Below, one piece after another: positions 1-9,365 of a DNA stretch of 64,000 nt; position 1 is the stretch's first letter; every line of letters begins with the position of its first letter. The translations under genes and the position numbers were made by a program. The DNA lies in contig CBDFMQ010000002.1 of assembly GCA_965249725.1 (NCBI GenBank), positions 1,856,001 through 1,920,000 on the forward strand. Direction: 5' to 3'. The DNA comes from Longimicrobiales bacterium (GTDB lineage: Bacteria > Gemmatimonadota > Gemmatimonadetes > Longimicrobiales > Gaopeijiaceae). Below the pieces are notes generated by a model. It was not told the DNA's origin, ran no database searches, and was given only the letters and a program-made list of their open reading frames with translations.

Positions 1-2299
1 GGCCATGGCATTTCTCGCACGGCACGTAGACGTCGGCCATGAAGATCATCTCGATCTCGACCTGCCCGGCACCCTTGCAGTCTTCACACCGGCCCCCGGG
101 CACGTTGAACGAGAAGTGGCCGGCGCTGTAGCGTCGATCCCTCGCGAGCGGCTGCAACGCGAAGATCTTCCGGATCTCGTCCCACGCCTTGATGTACGTC
201 ACCGGATTCGAGCGCGGCGTGCGGCCGAGAGGTGACTGGTCCACGAGCACTACGTCGTCGAGCGAGCTCACTCCGTCCAGCGAGTCGAACTCCCCAACGG
301 ACTGGCCCAGGTGCTCCTTGGCGCTGGTCTCACCCCCTTTGAGCTCCCGTTCGAGCGCCCGGTACAACACGTCGTGCACGAGCGTGGACTTGCCCGATCC
401 GGAGACCCCCGTGACCACGGTCATAGCCTCCAGCGGAATCTCCACGTCGACGCCCTGCAGGTTGTGCATACGACCCCCACGGAGGGTGAGCCGTGGTCCG
501 TCCACCCGACGCCGGGACTCGGGTACCGGTATCTCGGCACGACCCGATATATAAAGGCCCGTGGCGCTCTCGCTCGAATCGAGCGCGTCGGGTGTCCCCT
601 CGAACACGACGCTTCCGCCGTCCTCTCCCGCCGCCGGACCCAACTCCAGTACGTGGTCCGCCGAGCGGATGGCCATCGGATCGTGCTCGACGACAAGCAC
701 CGTGTTTCCGGCGTCCCGCAATTGGCCCAGGAGGGTAAGGAGCGCCGTAGTGTCCTTGGGGTGCAGCCCGACCGTGGGCTCATCCAGCACGTAGAGCGTG
801 TCTACGAGCTGAGCACCCAACGAATTGGCGAGGTTGATGCGCTGCGCCTCTCCTCCGGAGAGCGTCCGCATCTGCCGATCCATAGACACGTATCCGAGCC
901 CCACATCGACCAGAAAAGCCAGGCGAGCCCTGAGTTCCCGGAGGATGGTCTCGGCGATCTGAGTCTCCATCTCCGTGAGCTCCAGCCCGAGAATCCACTC
1001 TTGCAGGTCCTCCATCGGGAGCCCGCTGACATCGGCGATGGAGCGCTCGGCAATCCTGATGTAGAGCGCCTTGGGCTGGATTCGAGCGCCCTGGCACGAA
1101 CGGCACGCCTGGGGACTCTGGTACTGCCGAAGAAACACACGGATGTACTGTTTGTAGCGCTTCCGCTCCCGCGAGACGAGAAAGGGAATCACACCCTTGA
1201 AGTCCTCGGCCCCGTAGAGCACCTCCTCTCGAAACTCCTCAGGCAGCTCGATCCAAGGACTATAGAGCGACACCCCTCGCTCCAGTGTGAACGTGCGGAG
1301 CTGCTCGCGCTCCTTCTTGTATCTCGGCTTGGTCCACGGATCCACGGTCCCCTCTTCGATGGAGCGCTGGAGGTTGGGCACGATGAGTTCGACGTCGTAG
1401 TCGAGCGTGGCGCCGAAGCCCGTGCAGGTGGGGCAGGATCCGTAGGGGTTGTTGAAGGAGAAGAGTTGGGGGGAAGGGTCGAAAAACTCGATCTCGGGAT
1501 GATTCGGACAGCGAAAGTGCTCCGTGAAGGCCAGGCGTCCTACCACGTCCCCATCCGACGCGTCGTGCACCAGGACGACGGCCTCGCCCTCGCCCTCGGC
1601 GAAACAGGTCGCCAACGAATCCGCGAGTCGATCACGCTCCTCCTGCCCTGCCGTGAGCCGGTCCACCACCACCAAGGGGTCGGTGACCTGCGTTACGTCG
1701 AGTCCCACGACCTCGGGATCCACCGCGTCTGGCATGCCCAGGTCCACCAACTGTCCGTCCGCGAGGAGCCGAACGAACCCGATGGCCAGCAAGTTCTCCA
1801 CAACCAGAGCGTGATTGACCCGGCCGCTGAACTTGAGCGGAAAGGTCACTTGGATCTTGGCTCCCTCCGGAAGCTCGAGCACCCGGTCCACCGCATTGGT
1901 CACACTGTCGGGGCGTACCTCGTCGCCGCACTCCGGGCAGAAGGTGCGACCGACCCGTGCCCAGAGGAGCCTCAGGTAGTCGTAGACCTCCGTGGCCGTT
2001 CCCACTGTGGACCGGCTCGATTTGGTGGGGTTCTTCTGCTCGATGGCCACCGCCGGTGAGATGCCCTCCACCGAGTCGACGTCCGGCTTCTCCATGCGGT
2101 CCAGGAACTGTTTGGCGTACGTCGACAGCGACTCCACATAGCGCCGCTGCCCCTCGGCAAAGAGCGTGTCCAGGGCCAGAGAGGACTTGCCCGAACCCGA
2201 GGGTCCTGTGATGACGGTGAGCGCACGCCGCGGAAGATCGATGTCCAGGTTCTTGAGGTTGTGCTGACGCGCCCCCCGGATGCGAATCCAATCGTCCAT
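1..2299 (-). CDS. uvrA: Excinuclease ABC subunit A (runs off the left edge)
   Basis: Manual minus-strand translation from 2299: MDDWIRIRGARQHNLKNLDIDLPRRALTVITGPSGSGKSSLALDTLFAEGQRRYVESLSTYAKQFL. Absent from the ORF track because no stop lies in the window. Confidence 0.95.
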   Translation of the reverse strand, partial: MDDWIRIRGARQHNLKNLDIDLPRRALTVITGPSGSGKSSLALDTLFAEGQRRYVESLSTYAKQFLDRMEKPDVDSVEGISPAVAIEQKNPTKSSRSTVGTATEVYDYLRLLWARVGRTFCPECGDEVRPDSVTNAVDRVLELPEGAKIQVTFPLKFSGRVNHALVVENLLAIGFVRLLADGQLVDLGMPDAVDPEVVGLDVTQVTDPLVVVDRLTAGQEERDRLADSLATCFAEGEGEAVVLVHDASDGDVVGRLAFTEHFRCPNHPEIEFFDPSPQLFSFNNPYGSCPTCTGFGATLDYDVELIVPNLQRSIEEGTVDPWTKPRYKKEREQLRTFTLERGVSLYSPWIELPEEFREEVLYGAEDFKGVIPFLVSRERKRYKQYIRVFLRQYQSPQACRSCQGARIQPKALYIRIAERSIADVSGLPMEDLQEWILGLELTEMETQIAETILRELRARLAFLVDVGLGYVSMDRQMRTLSGGEAQRINLANSLGAQLVDTLYVLDEPTVGLHPKDTTALLTLLGQLRDAGNTVLVVEHDPMAIRSADHVLELGPAAGEDGGSVVFEGTPDALDSSESATGLYISGRAEIPVPESRRRVDGPRLTLRGGRMHNLQGVDVEIPLEAMTVVTGVSGSGKSTLVHDVLYRALERELKGGETSAKEHLGQSVGEFDSLDGVSSLDDVVLVDQSPLGRTPRSNPVTYIKAWDEIRKIFALQPLARDRRYSAGHFSFNVPGGRCEDCKGAGQVEIEMIFMADVYVPCEKCHG

Positions 2300-2406
2300 G
2301 GGTCATACTAGCGTACTGGGCAACCCCGTGGAACTCGACCAGGCCGCGGAACTCGACCTCTGAGAACGGGTAGCCCGCACCCCTCACCACGGCCGAAGGG
2401 ATTAGC

Positions 2407-4215
2407 GTGCAGGGATCGCAGGGAGCCCACCAGGAAGAGGAGGCGCTGGGTAAGGCCTACGACGCTCGCCTGATGAAACGGCTCCTCGAGTACCTAAGGC
2501 CTTATCGGCGGCACGTATACCTCGCAGTCGTTCTCCTGATGGTCGCGTCATTCCTACAGGTGGTGGGTCCTTGGCTGACCCGGATCGCCCTGGACGACGC
2601 CATCCCTGCCAGCGACGGTCCCTTGTTGGCCAAGCTGGCAGGGGCCTACGTGGCTGCGATCGTGGCCGGTTTCCTCCTCATGTACGGCCAGACGCTGCTC
2701 ACCACCTGGCTGGGACAGCGGGTCATGTATGACTTGCGCACCGAGATCTTCGGGAAGCTGCAGCGCATGGACCTGCGTTTCTACGACCGGAATCCGGTGG
2801 GCCGGCTCATGACGCGGATCACCAGCGACGTCGAGACGTTGAACGAGCTCTTCAGTTCCGGGGTCGTCGCGGTGTTCGGCGACGTCTTCACGCTCGGCTT
2901 CATCTTGGCCGCCATGCTCTACATGGACTGGAGGCTCGCGCTGGTGAGCTTCAGTGTTCTACCGTTCGTGGCCCTGACCGCGTTCCTGTTTCGGGCGCGA
3001 ATCCGGGACGCCTACAGGGACATCCGCGTCCGGCTGGCTCGGCTCAACTCGTACCTGCACGAGCGCCTTACCGGCATCGCCGTGGTGCGGTTGTTCAACC
3101 GCGAAGAAGCCGACGCGAGCCGGTACGGCGTGATCAACCAGAACTACCTGGAGGCGCACCTGCGCTCCATCACGTACTACTCCCTTTTCTTCCCGGTCAT
3201 AGAGCTATTCACAGCCATCGCCCTGGCGCTCATCATCTGGCGGGGCGGAGCCTCGATCCTGGAGGCGACACTGACCGTGGGGGTCTTGGCCGCATTCCTC
3301 CAGTACGCGCGGCGCTTCTTCCGCCCCATCCAGGATCTCTCGGAGAAGTACAACCTCCTGCAGGGCGCAATGGCCTCGTCCGAGCGCGTCTTCAAGCTGT
3401 TGGACCGCGAGATCGAGATCGTCGACCCTGCAACCCCGACCGTCTTGGCCTCACCCGTCCAGGGTCGGATCGAGTTCGAGGACGTCTCCTTCGCCTACGG
3501 CAAGGACGGCTCAGGTGCGTGGGATTGGGTCTTGGAAGAAGTCAGCTTCGAGGCGAAGCCCGGAGAGCGCCTTGCGATCGTCGGGCACACCGGGGCAGGC
3601 AAGACCACACTCATCAACCTACTGATGCGCTTCTATGAACCGCAGAAAGGCGAGATCCGCCTGGACGGGATCCCCATCGCGCAGATCGGGCTCGACGAAC
3701 TTCGGGCCCACATCGGTCTCGTGCTCCAGGACGTGTTCCTTTTCAGCCAGGACGTTGCGTACAACATCCGCCTAGGAGCGAACGAGATCTCGGACGAGCG
3801 CGTCCGGAACGCCGCCCAGCGGATCGGCGCAGCGCCCTTCATCGAGCGCCTCCCGGACGGATATGGGCAGCCCTTGGGCGAGAGGGGCTCGACGCTCTCG
3901 GTCGGAGAACGCCAGCTCGTGTCCTTCGCACGGGCTCTGGCGTTCGATCCGCAGGTGTTGATCCTGGATGAAGCGACCAGTTCGGTCGACTCGGAGATCG
4001 AGGCGCAGATCGAAACAGCCACCGACGAACTCATGGCGGGGCGGACATCGATGGTGATCGCTCACCGGCTGTCGACCGTGCAGGGAGCCGATCGCATCAT
4101 CGTGCTCCATCACGGGAAGCTCGTGGAGGAGGGCAGCCACGAGGAGCTGCTCGAAGCGGAGGGGCTGTACGCCCGGCTCTATGAGCTCCAGTTCACGAGG
4201 ACGCCCGCCGCCTGA
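2407..4215 (+). CDS. ABC exporter, fused permease/ATPase (MsbA/MdlB-like)
   Basis: N-terminal TM domain, Walker A GHTGAGKT, LSVGERQ signature, ILDEATS, AHRLST. Confidence 0.9.
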   Translation: MQGSQGAHQEEEALGKAYDARLMKRLLEYLRPYRRHVYLAVVLLMVASFLQVVGPWLTRIALDDAIPASDGPLLAKLAGAYVAAIVAGFLLMYGQTLLTTWLGQRVMYDLRTEIFGKLQRMDLRFYDRNPVGRLMTRITSDVETLNELFSSGVVAVFGDVFTLGFILAAMLYMDWRLALVSFSVLPFVALTAFLFRARIRDAYRDIRVRLARLNSYLHERLTGIAVVRLFNREEADASRYGVINQNYLEAHLRSITYYSLFFPVIELFTAIALALIIWRGGASILEATLTVGVLAAFLQYARRFFRPIQDLSEKYNLLQGAMASSERVFKLLDREIEIVDPATPTVLASPVQGRIEFEDVSFAYGKDGSGAWDWVLEEVSFEAKPGERLAIVGHTGAGKTTLINLLMRFYEPQKGEIRLDGIPIAQIGLDELRAHIGLVLQDVFLFSQDVAYNIRLGANEISDERVRNAAQRIGAAPFIERLPDGYGQPLGERGSTLSVGERQLVSFARALAFDPQVLILDEATSSVDSEIEAQIETATDELMAGRTSMVIAHRLSTVQGADRIIVLHHGKLVEEGSHEELLEAEGLYARLYELQFTRTPAA

Positions 4216-4225
4216 GTCTGCCGGC

Positions 4226-5893
4226 CTAGTGCCTGATCTGCGCGGTGTCGGCGGCCAGGGCGCTCGCTAGACTGTCCGCCAGAGCGGCCGCCGCGAGACG
4301 TTCCGCCTCCACGGCGGCCTCACGCTCCGAGACCGGTACGATCTTGCCGCCGACCCTCATGGTGGGCTCCGTCCCCTCGGGGTATCCACCCGCCGGAGCG
4401 AGAGCCGCTTCACTGTACCGACTCGAGGGATTCCAGAGGATCCACTCTTCGATCCCCGCGTCGTACGTGGCCTGAATCTGGGCCCGTACCTCGGGGGCTC
4501 CGTAGGCCGGAGCACCCAGCGTGAAGTCCTGCAGCCAGGGGCGTGTGGTTCCCGCACCCTCCACCTCGGCGGAGCGTTTGAGGGCGTCGGTGAGAGCCCT
4601 CTTCACGATCTGATACGGATGCCCGTTGGGATCCTGGATTCCGAAGCTGCCGACCCAGTAGTGGGACGGATAGACCATGGGGAGAGCGACGTCCATGGCT
4701 CCGATGAACTCCTCCCAGAGTTGTCCGATGCCGACGTCCGTGCGGGCCGAGGTGGTCACGCCGAAGACGTCGGCGGTCATCGCCACCTCCCCCAGTTCCT
4801 CTCGGGCGTACTCCAGGAACTCGCGAATGGCCTGAGTGCGCCTCCGAGGCCCCTGTCCCGGATACCAGGCCCGATTCAGCTCCGCCTCGGGCGCATCAGG
4901 GAAGCGCAGGTAGTCCCACTGGATTTCGGGAAAGCCGACTGCGACGGCCTCCTTGGCCAGGGCGATGTGGTAGTCCCAGACGGCACGGTCGAACATGTTG
5001 GCCCAGACGAGATCCTTGTCGTCAACCCAGACACCGCCCGATGTGTCCTGCACAGCCAGATCCGGCCGATTCCCCACCAGAAGCGGGTCCTTCACGATGA
5101 CGATCCGGGCGATCGGATAGATGTCGGCCTGGTGGAGTCTCTCCAGAAGCCCCACCAGGTCGCGAATCCGGATCTCCTGATCGGCCCCGACCTCGCGCGC
5201 GAACATCACCTGGGTCGGGTGGCTCACATACCCGGTCGCATCCTTCAGGTCGATGACGAAGCTGTTGATCTCCGTCCGCTTCGCCAGCGCGATGAGATTC
5301 TCGGAGCGGAGCCGGGATCCGGAAGCCCAGCCGTTCAGGTAGATGCCGCGGACCGCCTCAGGCCTGGTGAAGACCAACGGCTCCTCCGGGAGCACCAGTC
5401 GGGCCACCGCAGCACCGTCGCCGGTGGTCGCGTTCGGGGCCGGCAGAGTCTGGACCTCGGGCGCGTCGGTGGTCGCGTCAGTGGGCGCGTCAGTGGGCGC
5501 TTCGGTGGTCGCTTCGGTGGTCGCTTCGGTGGTCGCGACATCGGTCATCGGGTCGGCGGTCGTAGTCGGCGCGCTGGTCGGGTCGCTGGTCGGGGCGCCC
5601 GTCCGATCGGGGGCGTCGGCACCCACCTCCGTCACCTCCACACCGGGCTCCACACCGGGCTCCACGTCCATCCACGCTTCGGACGCTGGCGGACGCTCGG
5701 ACCCGTCGGACGCGGCAGCCGGAAGGTCGTTGGTGGACACCCCCGCCTCAGGCGGGGACTCGCCGCGACAAGCGACCACCCACGTGGCTAGTATTGTGAC
5801 CAGCAGCGCCATGAGCGGGAGCGGGCGATTCGTGCGCAAAATGTGGCTCGTCCTCTGCGAGGAGTTCCTCGTCACACCGGGTCCGTAAGACAC
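4226..5893 (-). CDS. Putative glycoside hydrolase (DUF4015-like) lipoprotein with Thr/Ala-rich linker; start uncertain
   Basis: VRGIYL, VIDLKD, GFPEIQWDYLRFP, PMVYPSH, RPWLQDF motifs; lipobox-like VVAC. Confidence 0.7.
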   Translation of the reverse strand: MSYGPGVTRNSSQRTSHILRTNRPLPLMALLVTILATWVVACRGESPPEAGVSTNDLPAAASDGSERPPASEAWMDVEPGVEPGVEVTEVGADAPDRTGAPTSDPTSAPTTTADPMTDVATTEATTEATTEAPTDAPTDATTDAPEVQTLPAPNATTGDGAAVARLVLPEEPLVFTRPEAVRGIYLNGWASGSRLRSENLIALAKRTEINSFVIDLKDATGYVSHPTQVMFAREVGADQEIRIRDLVGLLERLHQADIYPIARIVIVKDPLLVGNRPDLAVQDTSGGVWVDDKDLVWANMFDRAVWDYHIALAKEAVAVGFPEIQWDYLRFPDAPEAELNRAWYPGQGPRRRTQAIREFLEYAREELGEVAMTADVFGVTTSARTDVGIGQLWEEFIGAMDVALPMVYPSHYWVGSFGIQDPNGHPYQIVKRALTDALKRSAEVEGAGTTRPWLQDFTLGAPAYGAPEVRAQIQATYDAGIEEWILWNPSSRYSEAALAPAGGYPEGTEPTMRVGGKIVPVSEREAAVEAERLAAAALADSLASALAADTAQIRH

Positions 5894-7176
5894 TCGACGA
5901 GCAGTTCGGCCGTGCGGCCGGCCGCCCCTCGATGCTCCGCAATATAGTCCAAGGCCCGTTCGCCGTCCCTCCGGAGTTGGTCCGGGTCCGCCAACCAGTC
6001 CTCGAGAACCGAGGCGAGTGCGTCGGCGTGTGACACCATCTGGGCCCCACCGCAGGCCAGGAGTCGGGACGCTGCCATGGAGTTGTGGTGTTGTGGGCCG
6101 AAGAGCACGGGAACGCCCGCCGCTGCCGGCTCGAGGACGGAGTGGAGCCCATGGTCATGGAAGCCTCCACCCACGTAGGCAACGGTCGCCACGGTGTAGA
6201 GTTCGGCCAGTACACCGACCCGCTCCACGAGCACCGCGTCGGCCCCGCCGAGGTCACCTCGCTCCTCCGCCTCCTTCAAGAGCGTGGGGGACCACCCGTC
6301 CGCCGCCAGTCTGGCCGCGAGTCCGTCGTAGTCCCAGTCGCCCGGCTCGTGGGGTGCCAGGACGATGCGGATGCCGGGTCGATCACGGCGGACCCTCGCC
6401 AAAGCGGGAAGCAGCACCTCCTCATCTGCGCCCCAGGTGGACCCCGCCACCAGAACCGGCCCGCTCCCTTCCCGGAACAACCTGAGATGCGGCGCATCTG
6501 GCTCGGCCGCCGCTGCACGGCCGGAAGCGTCGTCCACTCCGGGATCTCCCGTAACGACAATGCGATCGCCAGGCACCCCCAGGAGTTCGAACCGTCGACC
6601 GTCGTCTTCGGAGATCGCCGCCACGAGCTTCAGGCCTCGGAATGCAGGGCCCAGCAACACCCTTCCCGAGCGGCTGAGCCTCCCCGCACCGCCGGGCAGG
6701 GTCGCCGCGGCCAAGCCAACCGGCACGCCCCGTACCGCCGCCTGCTCGGCGAGCGAAGGCCACACCTCCTTCTGGGTGAACAGAACCAGCGCGGGGCTCG
6801 ACGCATCGAGCACCTTGCCCATGATCCTCGGGAGGTCCCAGGGGAGATAGGCCGAGACGTCAGATGGAAATCGCTCGGCCAGGTCCTCCGCCGAAGGCGA
6901 AAAGAACGTGAACACCACCTGTAGATCCGGAACTCTCTGCCGCAGCGCCTCCAACACGGCCTTGGCCTGAAGAGCCTCCCCCACGGAGGACGCGTGTAGC
7001 CAGACGACCGGACGGGTCGCGTCCCGGGCCTCGGTACCCCACTCGATGAGGACGCGATGCGCGTCACGCCGCCCCCGGAGCCCGCGCGCGAGCTTCGACG
7101 ATCCCCACGCCAGCGCCGGAGAGAACGCCCGGAAGCCCCGAAGCAGGGTGCGATAGAGTACCTGAGCCAGTGGCAT
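5872..7176 (-). CDS. waaA: Kdo (3-deoxy-D-manno-octulosonic acid) transferase
   Basis: WLHASSVGE, YLPWD, VAGSTW, YVGGGF..GLHSVLEPA motifs. Confidence 0.88.
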   Translation of the reverse strand: MPLAQVLYRTLLRGFRAFSPALAWGSSKLARGLRGRRDAHRVLIEWGTEARDATRPVVWLHASSVGEALQAKAVLEALRQRVPDLQVVFTFFSPSAEDLAERFPSDVSAYLPWDLPRIMGKVLDASSPALVLFTQKEVWPSLAEQAAVRGVPVGLAAATLPGGAGRLSRSGRVLLGPAFRGLKLVAAISEDDGRRFELLGVPGDRIVVTGDPGVDDASGRAAAAEPDAPHLRLFREGSGPVLVAGSTWGADEEVLLPALARVRRDRPGIRIVLAPHEPGDWDYDGLAARLAADGWSPTLLKEAEERGDLGGADAVLVERVGVLAELYTVATVAYVGGGFHDHGLHSVLEPAAAGVPVLFGPQHHNSMAASRLLACGGAQMVSHADALASVLEDWLADPDQLRRDGERALDYIAEHRGAAGRTAELLVECLTDPV

Positions 7177-7387
7177 GCGCGGACGATGGGTCAGAGGGGA
7201 TCCCTTAACAAGGCTACTCAAGGGGAGTGGTGACGGTACATTTCAGTCGCCGTACGGATTAAAGGGGCGGCCCTCGGCGCTCGTACCCCTAAAGAGGGCG
7301 ATAACAGCCCGCCCATCACCGAGAGAGACCGAGGCCCGTTGAAGTGGTACAGTGGGTCGTCCGGCTCTTTGTCCACAGGAGGATTTC

Positions 7388-8278
7388 ATGGCATCTATGA
7401 TGCTAGCCATCGTGATCATTGTCGCAGGGGCGGCCGTACTCGTGGCGGGGCCGACCGTCGCGAACCGCGGCAAGTCGAAGCTCCTCGGCTACGGCCTCAT
7501 GCTGGGCGGCGTCGCGGCCGCCCTGCTGAACACCGTGGCCGTCATCGGCGTCGGCGAGGTCGGCGTGAAGCACTTCCTGGGAAGCGTCGATCCCATCCCC
7601 ATGGAGCAGGGTGTCCACATCGTGAACCCGCTGGCGGCCGTCGAGAAGATGTCTGTCCGGGAGCAGAGTTATCCGGAGAGCGGAGGCATCGAGCAGATCG
7701 AAGCCCAGACAAGCGAGCAGATGAACGTCGCCCTGGAGGTGTCGCTTCTCTTCCGGCTCGACCCGGCCAAGGTCCCGGACCTGTTCGACCGCATCGGCTC
7801 GGAGAATCAGATCAAGCGGAGCATCGTCCTGAACGCGATCCGCAACGGCGTCCGTGACGCGGTGGCCACCAAGTCCATCAACGAGATCTTCTCCCCCAAC
7901 CGTCGCGAGGTCGCCTCCGACATGTTGCAGGCCATCCAGGCCAAGGCCGGCGACCGCATCGAGGTCGTGGAGGTCTTCCTGAGAGACGTTCAGGCGCCCG
8001 CAGGCGTGCGCCAGGCCATCGACGAGAAGCTCCAGCGTGAGCAGAACGTGGCGGCCGAGAAGTTCCAGACGGAGATCATCCAGGAGCGGGCGCAGCAGCA
8101 GATCGAGGAGGCCAAGGGAATCGCCGAGGCGCAGAAGATCATCTCCACGGGCCTGACACCCGAATACCTCATGTTCTACTACATCGAGACGCTCGGTGAA
8201 CTCCCCGGCGGGTCGGTGGTGTACGTACCCACCGAGGGCAGCATTCCGCTGATGCGCAACGTGGGCGGAGGCCGGTAG
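7388..8278 (+). CDS. SPFH/prohibitin family membrane protein
   Basis: N-terminal TM helices, GEVGV..LG, C-terminal EAKGIAEAQ coiled coil; AGGAGG RBS. Confidence 0.85.
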   Translation: MASMMLAIVIIVAGAAVLVAGPTVANRGKSKLLGYGLMLGGVAAALLNTVAVIGVGEVGVKHFLGSVDPIPMEQGVHIVNPLAAVEKMSVREQSYPESGGIEQIEAQTSEQMNVALEVSLLFRLDPAKVPDLFDRIGSENQIKRSIVLNAIRNGVRDAVATKSINEIFSPNRREVASDMLQAIQAKAGDRIEVVEVFLRDVQAPAGVRQAIDEKLQREQNVAAEKFQTEIIQERAQQQIEEAKGIAEAQKIISTGLTPEYLMFYYIETLGELPGGSVVYVPTEGSIPLMRNVGGGR

Positions 8279-8282
8279 CACG

Positions 8283-9365
8283 ATGCTTCGCTGGACCTGG
8301 ACCCGCTTCTTCATAGGCCTCGGGGTCGTGGCTCTGATCGCCTCGGCATGCTCGCCCATGTACGTCATCAAGGCGGGCATCGCCGAGGCGAAGATCCTTC
8401 GAGCACGACAACCTCTCCACGAGGTCATCCTCGATCCGGAGACGGACGAGCGGACCAAGGGCAAGCTCACGTTCGTGGTGGAGGCCCGCACCTACGCCAT
8501 CGACGTGCTCGGGCTCAACGTGGGCGACTCCTACACATCCTTCACCCAACTCGATCAGGACACTCTGGCTCTGGTCCTGTCGGCCGCCACGCGGGACCGC
8601 TTCGCCTCGAAGACATGGTGGTTTCCGGTCGTGGGCCGGGTTCCCTACAAGGGGTACTTCAACGAAGACGACGCTCTGCGGGATCAGGAAAAGCTCGAGG
8701 AGGAGGGCTTCGACACCTACCTGCGTCCCACCGCCGCGTTCAGCACGCTGGGTTGGTTCTCCGACCCGCTGCTCTCCACTCTCCTGCGCCGCGACGAGGT
8801 CGATCTGGTGGAGACGGTCATCCACGAACTGTCGCACAACCACCTGTTCGTCCGCGGATCCGTCGGGTTCAACGAGAGCTTCGCAACCTTCGTAGGCCGG
8901 GTCGGATCAATCGAGTTCTTCTGCAACCGACAGGGTGGCGGCCCCGACACCGTAAAGTGCCTTCGGGCTCAGGAGCGGTGGAGGGACTATCTGATCTTCT
9001 CGACCTTCATCGACGAACTGGTGGACGGCCTCGAGGAGATCTACCGCGACACCGCACTCTCCTATGATGAGAAACTGGATCGACGCCGGGTCCTGTTCGA
9101 GAGTCGCTTGCAGGATTTCGAGACCGAGGTACAGCCCTCCTTCGAGGCGATGACCTTCCAGAGCTTCCTCGTCACGCCCCTCAACAACGCCACCCTCATG
9201 GCTCGCATGCGCTACTACCACCGCCTCCCGGACTTCCAGGCGCTGTTGGAGGAGACAGGCGACCTGAGGGCAGCCGTGGGGCACCTCGTCGACGGGGTCT
9301 CGACCGTGGACGATCCCTATGACCTCCTCCCGTCGGACGGCGCGGCGGAACCGAATGGACCCTGA
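8283..9365 (+). CDS. Putative zinc aminopeptidase
   Basis: WWFPVVGRVPYKGYF, STLGWFSDP, IHELSH, FNESFA. Confidence 0.8.
   Translation: MLRWTWTRFFIGLGVVALIASACSPMYVIKAGIAEAKILRARQPLHEVILDPETDERTKGKLTFVVEARTYAIDVLGLNVGDSYTSFTQLDQDTLALVLSAATRDRFASKTWWFPVVGRVPYKGYFNEDDALRDQEKLEEEGFDTYLRPTAAFSTLGWFSDPLLSTLLRRDEVDLVETVIHELSHNHLFVRGSVGFNESFATFVGRVGSIEFFCNRQGGGPDTVKCLRAQERWRDYLIFSTFIDELVDGLEEIYRDTALSYDEKLDRRRVLFESRLQDFETEVQPSFEAMTFQSFLVTPLNNATLMARMRYYHRLPDFQALLEETGDLRAAVGHLVDGVSTVDDPYDLLPSDGAAEPNGP

Noticed and set aside
311..2059. 582-aa plus-strand ORF and similar long ORFs (9196..11112, most of 21726..24092, the 5' part of 24457..26697)
   Set aside because: They are antisense or alternate-frame shadows of real genes in high-GC DNA.
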